A DNA stretch of 64,000 bases from Gonapodya sp. JEL0774 (Eukaryota): assembly GCA_027604505.1 (NCBI GenBank), contig JADIIX010000030.1, positions 1 through 64,000 on the forward strand, written 5' to 3'. The position numbers were made by a program, and so were the translations under genes. Each line of letters begins with the position of its first letter. Position 1 is the first letter of the stretch. Below the pieces are notes generated by a model. That model saw only the letters and a list, made by a program, of their open reading frames with translations. It was not told the DNA's origin and made no database searches. Of this stretch, positions 58,601 through 64,000 are shown one piece after another.

Positions 58601-60768
58601 ATCCTATAAATTTCCCTTCGAGGACGACAAAGTACCTGAAACTAGAGATGACTCGTCGTCGATCATGATTCCTCGTCAGGCGGGGGAGTTTGTGGAACAC
58701 CAGGTTCACGCTGGGCCTGTTTCCCGTATCAAAATGTCATGGGATGATCGTTATCTATTTTCTGTTGGCGAGGATGGCTGTTTGTTTGTCTTTAATGTCG
58801 TGGACGGGAGATCGAAACATAATTTGAAGGACCGAGATTGGGCTTACGGGGATGAGGTATGCTTGTGTTGGCGACACCTCATTCCTCCAACCGTGCAAAC
58901 CAGACTTCCTAACTGTAGGCGCTTATCTCTCGCTCTGAGCTCGATGAACGTCTCGCGGTACTAGCAGACACAAAGCTTCGTCTGGAAGAGCTCAAGCTCG
59001 ATAGAGACTATCAACTTCGAGTCCGGGAGGTCGAATTCAATGAGAAAGTCAAAGACCTCACAGATTCATACACAGAGAGTATTAATTCACTGAAAGGAGA
59101 GGTGGAACTGCTGAGCTCATGTTGTGTTCAAGAGAAGAACGCAGCCGCCGCAGAGATGCAGAGGGAAAGTGCCCAACACAGGACCAGAATTGCGGTGAGC
59201 TGGATCCTCGATTTAATACATCCTGGCCTCTTTTGACTGGTTGAATCAATTGAAGGAAATCGAACACGAGGGAAGCTCACTGTTCTACAACGAAGTGGGG
59301 ATCACGGAACAAGCTGAGCAAGTGCTTCGGGACACGAAACTCAGCCAAGATGCTGCGATTGTCGGACAAGACATGCGCTTCACTCGAGAAATTGAATCCT
59401 CCACGTTGCTATGGGAAGGCAGGCTGGAAGAACAAGATTTAGAGGTCGCAAAATGCAAACTCGAACTCGAGCTGGCACAGCAGGACCATGTGGAAGAACT
59501 CAACCAGAATAGTGGAGATAATGAAGTTCAACTGAAAATGCTTACCGTGAAGTTTGATCGAGATATGGCCGGCGAAAAGGAGATGGCAATCAAACTCAGA
59601 TCAGAAACTGGCATTTTTCTTAAGAAAATGCTCGCACTACAGGATGACGTTGTTTCGCTTGCATCGGACAAGGCAAAAGCTCTCGAGGAGAAGCGACGTG
59701 CGGAAGACCAGGTTCGCAAAGTACGTGAACGACTCGCGGACCACGAGAGAGAACTCCGACTTCGAGATCAACAGATCGATGAAATCGAGAAGCGAATTTA
59801 CGAACTCAAGAAAAAAAATGCTGATCTTGAAAAATGGAAGTTTGTGCTTGACTTCAAGATAAATGAGATCAAGGGTAATATTGAACCCCGGGCAGTCGAG
59901 ACTGAAGCCGCTGCAAGTAGAATCACAGAAGTTGGCGAAGATCTCTCTGAAACAGATCAAGCCCTTCACAATGGCAAGTTGCATATCGCAGAACTCACCC
60001 TTGCACTGACTGTGGCTGTTGAGCGTCGGAAACAAGAGAAGCGACGAAGGCTTTCATGCGAATGCCGGAAAAGGAGATTCATAGAAGAATCTGAACGTCT
60101 TTTCAAGGTTGCGGTGCAGGACGATTTGAAGACAACAAGAGTGAGTTGACGCAGTGTGGTGTCGGCGAGTGCGCTAATGTACAATTGCCCCTTTCCAGAA
60201 ACTTGTCGCTGGCATGTACAAAAGCCTGTGCCCACCGACGATCAACGTCCCTCCCTCCAGTAGCTCACTTGTCCGGGAGCAGATTGATAAGACAGTGGCG
60301 AAAGAAATTGCAGGCCAGCTTTCATTCCTCCGCAACGAGCTCGCAACGCTGGACCGACAGTATCTTAAAGGGCAGGGAACTGACTTAGAGAACAATAGGA
60401 AGTGTGTGAATGAAAACGTTGCGCTGTTGAGGCAAGTTCATGCATTTGAGTTTTGACTCTCGCATCAAATAATTCTCACTTGCTCGTTCGATTTATCCCC
60501 TGACAGAGCGATCAAACCTCTACAAGAGGAGCTCTCTCTCATACGACCCCTTGAACATTCTGCTGAACATTCCCTTGAAAACACCCGCGAGAGGGCGAGA
60601 AAGATACTCTCGCGAACGACTTATCGCGTAAAGAATGCTCTTGAAACAGACTCGCAAATCATGGAGAGGGTTAATGCGGTTACTGTGAATGGTGGGAGCA
60701 GGGATATGCGGAGTCCCTCTCCAGAGGCAACAGCTATCGGTACCACCTTTAGGCTGCCAGCGTTGTAG
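55642..60768 (+). CDS. CFAP57: Cilia- and flagella-associated protein 57 (WD40 plus coiled coil)
   Basis: N-terminal HVFGL...LLYAVGSNLVL, WD repeats RKPLVATSSGDRTVRVWNY and SVAMHPSG, and coiled coil DYQLR...EKRIYELKKKNADLEKWKFVLDFKINEIK, typical of WDR65/CFAP57. Confidence 0.93.
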
Positions 60769-60891
60769 AAATATTTTACAGTCGCTACATGACAAGTGGT
60801 ATCTACAGTAATTGGTTTCCGTTGGTGCAGGGTTCACATAACCACGAGCCCACCACTGCACATGCAAATGGACAGATAACCTCCAACCCAA

Positions 60892-62139
60892 ATGCCCACA
60901 CGATCTCCCTCGATCTCCCTACCGTCACTTCCAGAGGAACCACTCAGTATCTCTGAGTGCCCCACGACCCGCTGTACCTCCCAACATAGACAATCGGTAT
61001 CGAAAAGTTCCCCGGACCTCAGCTCGCCCTTGGAAATGGAGCAGCAAGTGGCCTCCAAACGATTGTCGAAGCGCAGCTGTAGCCGTGCTACGCAAAAGAC
61101 GTTGGTCGGTGGGATTGCCGAAACCCCTCCTCTGTCTCAATTTCCTTCCCGCATGCGAATCAAAAGAAGGGTTGAAGGAAGTGTTGAGATCCCAACACCA
61201 TCCAGCACACACCACCCCAACCAACGGATCTCCCTCGAAGACGTCAATTCCCGATGGCAGCAATCACTTCAAGATGTATCGGTGGCACGTAAGCATCCTA
61301 ACATGGCGGTGAACCGACGACGAGTTTCTTTTTCCGAAGTTGTCCTTACAACACATATAAAGGACAGTCATATTGATATTGCAGATGAGGAGGAAGGAGA
61401 GCGGAGTAGAGGTTCGTGTCTCAAGCAAGAGGTTGCTGAGAGCTTTAGAGTTGAGGCCTCCGCCGACCCTCAACACCAACGTCAACTGTCTTCAGACTCC
61501 GACGAAGATCAAATGATGCTATGGCGCTCGGGGAAGGGATCCGATCCTGGAGCTGGGCGTGTAGTCATTCGAAGAGGGAGGATGGCGTTAGTCCAAGACC
61601 GCAAACCGTTTTGGGAGGGGAATGCCGCGCGATCAACAATGGTGAATTGGGACTTCGGGGATAATTCGACGACCCTGACTGACAATGAAGGAAATGAAGA
61701 CGGATCACATACTTCCACTCTCTGCACATCAACTCCCGCTTCTTCTACACATCCGATTGTCCATGCAACCCGACGTGCATCTACTTTAGGCACACAATCA
61801 ATAAGCTCAACAACGCTGAGAAACCAATCCACATTGACATTGGGCAATCAGACTGAGGAAGTTGCCGCAGGCTCTTGGGTTTTAGGTACAACGGCAGAGT
61901 GGGAGGGCAGAGCGCAAAGCGAAACTTCTTGCGGTGGTGGCGTGGATGGAGGTAGCTGTGCGACGCTTGGGGACGAAGGAGGGATGTTAAAAGAAGGAAT
62001 AAAGGAGATGGGGCGATTGGCAGGGAAGGAAGCTACGGGAACTGGTGGTAACCAATATGTGGTTTCGAAGAGAAGTTCGTCGGTCGTTGGAAGGGCTGTC
62101 GCGGCAGGTGTGAACTGCTTTTGGGGAACCAGAGAGTGA
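60892..62139 (+). CDS. Intronless low-complexity hypothetical protein with an RVxF motif
   Basis: 415-aa ATG-initiated ORF containing RRRVSFSEV. Confidence 0.6.
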   Translation: MPTRSPSISLPSLPEEPLSISECPTTRCTSQHRQSVSKSSPDLSSPLEMEQQVASKRLSKRSCSRATQKTLVGGIAETPPLSQFPSRMRIKRRVEGSVEIPTPSSTHHPNQRISLEDVNSRWQQSLQDVSVARKHPNMAVNRRRVSFSEVVLTTHIKDSHIDIADEEEGERSRGSCLKQEVAESFRVEASADPQHQRQLSSDSDEDQMMLWRSGKGSDPGAGRVVIRRGRMALVQDRKPFWEGNAARSTMVNWDFGDNSTTLTDNEGNEDGSHTSTLCTSTPASSTHPIVHATRRASTLGTQSISSTTLRNQSTLTLGNQTEEVAAGSWVLGTTAEWEGRAQSETSCGGGVDGGSCATLGDEGGMLKEGIKEMGRLAGKEATGTGGNQYVVSKRSSSVVGRAVAAGVNCFWGTRE

Positions 62140-63189
62140 GAGCCTGGGGACGCATGTTTCCGCATGAGATGGGAATTGGGACTGACCCGGTGCGGCAGTG
62201 TTGTAACACAAAATGCGACACTACAAATGTTTATCGACAAGTCTCTCTGGTCGATTTTGATCATAATTGAAATGATGAAACAAACTCTCTAGATACATTC
62301 CAGCAGTTGTGGACGGACTGACAGGAACGCCACCTGAATGCCAATGTCGTTGAGACATTGTCGCTCTTTCTACTATTTCATTTGGCACTGTCTTGAAAAA
62401 TGCGCGGAGTTACAAAGGTACATTGGAGAATACATAATAATGTATGATATGTATGTAAACGTTCAGGTTCATCATGAAGCCTGAAACCGGGCCTTCATCG
62501 TAAATTCCCCTGAAACACCTAAGTTCATTTGAAAGGATCGGTGCGGTAAGATATGGAACTTTTGAACATTCGGTACGAGTGGAGAAGGAAGAAGCGAGAG
62601 GGTGAAACCGAGGTGAGAGCGGGGAGAAAGCGGCAAAAGCAGAGAAGGACACATAGCGTCCAAGAAAGCAAAGACAGAGGCCAGGAGGACGAAAAGGCGC
62701 AGAAAACGGGAACATGGAACGAAATCGCGCGCATTGTACGTTAGTGCCTCTTTTGGCTGGCCAGCCGGGAGATGAGGGACTTCAACCAAATTGGGAAAGT
62801 TTTTTTCACTCAACCTGCGCGGGCATAGCGCAACGAAACTGTGCGGCTGAAGCTGAGAGGGAGGTGAAGTAGGTGGGAATCGGACGCAGTTGAGATTGTA
62901 AAATGGTTGGAGAAGGAACTGAACAGGCATCTTGGACTGGAAGGACGGATATAAGCTCTCGGACTTGATGTGACCGACAAGAGAGAACACAGCAGCTATC
63001 GAAGAGCGATGATGGGATGGGTGACGGGACGATCGATGTGACTTAGGTGAAAATTGGGAGGGGGGGGTGTGGCTGGATGTCAAGGAACCGGAGAAAGAGA
63101 GGGGTAGAGGGGCAACCGAGCAACTCAAAATCCAAGAAAATGTGATTTAAATCGCTCCCGTGAGATGTGGCGCTGATTGCGGCATTCAG

Positions 63190-63492
63190 TCGAAGTTGGC
63201 TCCTCCACCAGTTCTCTCCGCGAGGATCGGAACACGGTATCAGTACCCAGCCAACCTTAATTCCACCTCTCTTCTCTGCAGACCGATTCTGCTCTTCCAG
63301 CACTCTTGGCTCCGCCCCCATCCGCAATCATGTCCTCCTCTTCCTCTTCCTCCGCCTCACCGTCCCCAACTCCTTCTCTCTCATGCCAGTACCTTATGAC
63401 TACGTATGGCATCGTACCGTGTAATACGGGATGGGGTACACTTACGGATCCACAGTTAATGACATGGTGGGCCAATCACAATTGTGATGGTG
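63190..63492 (+). CDS. Fragment of a spliced hypothetical gene with a Ser-rich linker and a small Cys/Trp module
   Basis: A GT-AG intron at about 63237-63280 precedes TDSALPALLAPPPSAIMSSSSSSSASPSPTPSLSCQYLMTTYGIVPCNTGWGTLTDPQLMTWWANHNCDG and a gtgagt donor. Start and end are not resolved. Confidence 0.45.
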
Positions 63493-64000
63493 GTGAGTGA
63501 TCAGTTATGGGGTGGGCACACAACAAGTGAAAAGACGCAGGAAGCATTCAATTCCATCAATTTACGTTTATGACAATGGAGGAATTGCAGGAGAAGGAGT
63601 GTTAAGATGTCTGTGACGGATTATGGACACCTCCGATGGAATCGCTTGGACTTCTCCAAGATCTCATCTGCTTGGTGTAATCTCGTGCCAACTGGGTGAA
63701 TGGCACGTGAAAGAGCATCACTGTGGATCGAATGGAAATATGAGTCGCGTGGGTCATACTGAAGCTCCGGATCATTTGAATGGTTCAGAGCGGTTCAAGC
63801 ATCATCATAGTCTTGCATATGCTACTGTTAGTGCGGTTATCAATTCGATGACTTGCGATCCTTCCAACTGTGGCTCTGGGCAGAAACGCGCGTGCATGGA
63901 AGAGACTAGAATGCTACAATCAGCAACAAACCAGTTGTCTTTCTCACAAATTGTATGTTCTGACTTTCTCTACTCACGTAGATTGTCCTGTTCCCGTCAC

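Noticed and set aside
42242..60768. Functional microtubule/flagellar gene cluster (TPX2-like, TBCE, EF-hand protein, CFAP57)
   Set aside because: The genes are interleaved with unrelated ones (COA4, bZIP, NAA50) and two assignments are tentative. This is compatible with chance without synteny data.
62462..62512. SECIS element
   Set aside because: The ATGA is fully Watson-Crick paired and the spacing to AAA and GA does not fit. There is no upstream Sec-containing ORF.

Overview
Gene-dense, intron-rich eukaryotic DNA. Fungal-type genes (ATP14, fungal MTFP1/MTP18, DUF4449/DUF5923, Yap-like bZIP) together with the axonemal gene CFAP57/WDR65 point to a flagellated, zoosporic early-diverging fungus (chytrid or monoblepharid-like). 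This placement is an inference. Manual splicing gives about 25 protein-coding genes: RPL2/uL2, a 3xLIM protein with a His-rich repeat tail, a MARK/Kin1-like kinase, an SDR with a PTS2, ATP14, a roughly 2000-aa low-complexity protein, MTFP1, a DUF1308 protein, an LCLAT1/Cst26-like acyltransferase, SF3B6, a GH47 mannosidase, a DUF4449 protein, CAND1, a TPX2-like ORF, COA4, a hypothetical protein, TBCE, an NCS-type EF-hand protein, a bZIP factor, a divergent NAA50, CFAP57 and several unknowns. MTFP1, SF3B6 and the bZIP domain are essentially invisible in the ORF track because of short exons. The most notable observation is the LIM protein. Its tail has S-x-E-x-L-x-H-x-G repeats resembling tau/MAP2 repeats and is encoded by a run of symmetric phase-1 cassette exons. 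It lies directly downstream of a MARK/PAR-1-family kinase. No tRNA, rRNA, CRISPR array or intact transposase was recognised. All family calls are motif recognition from memory, with no database search.
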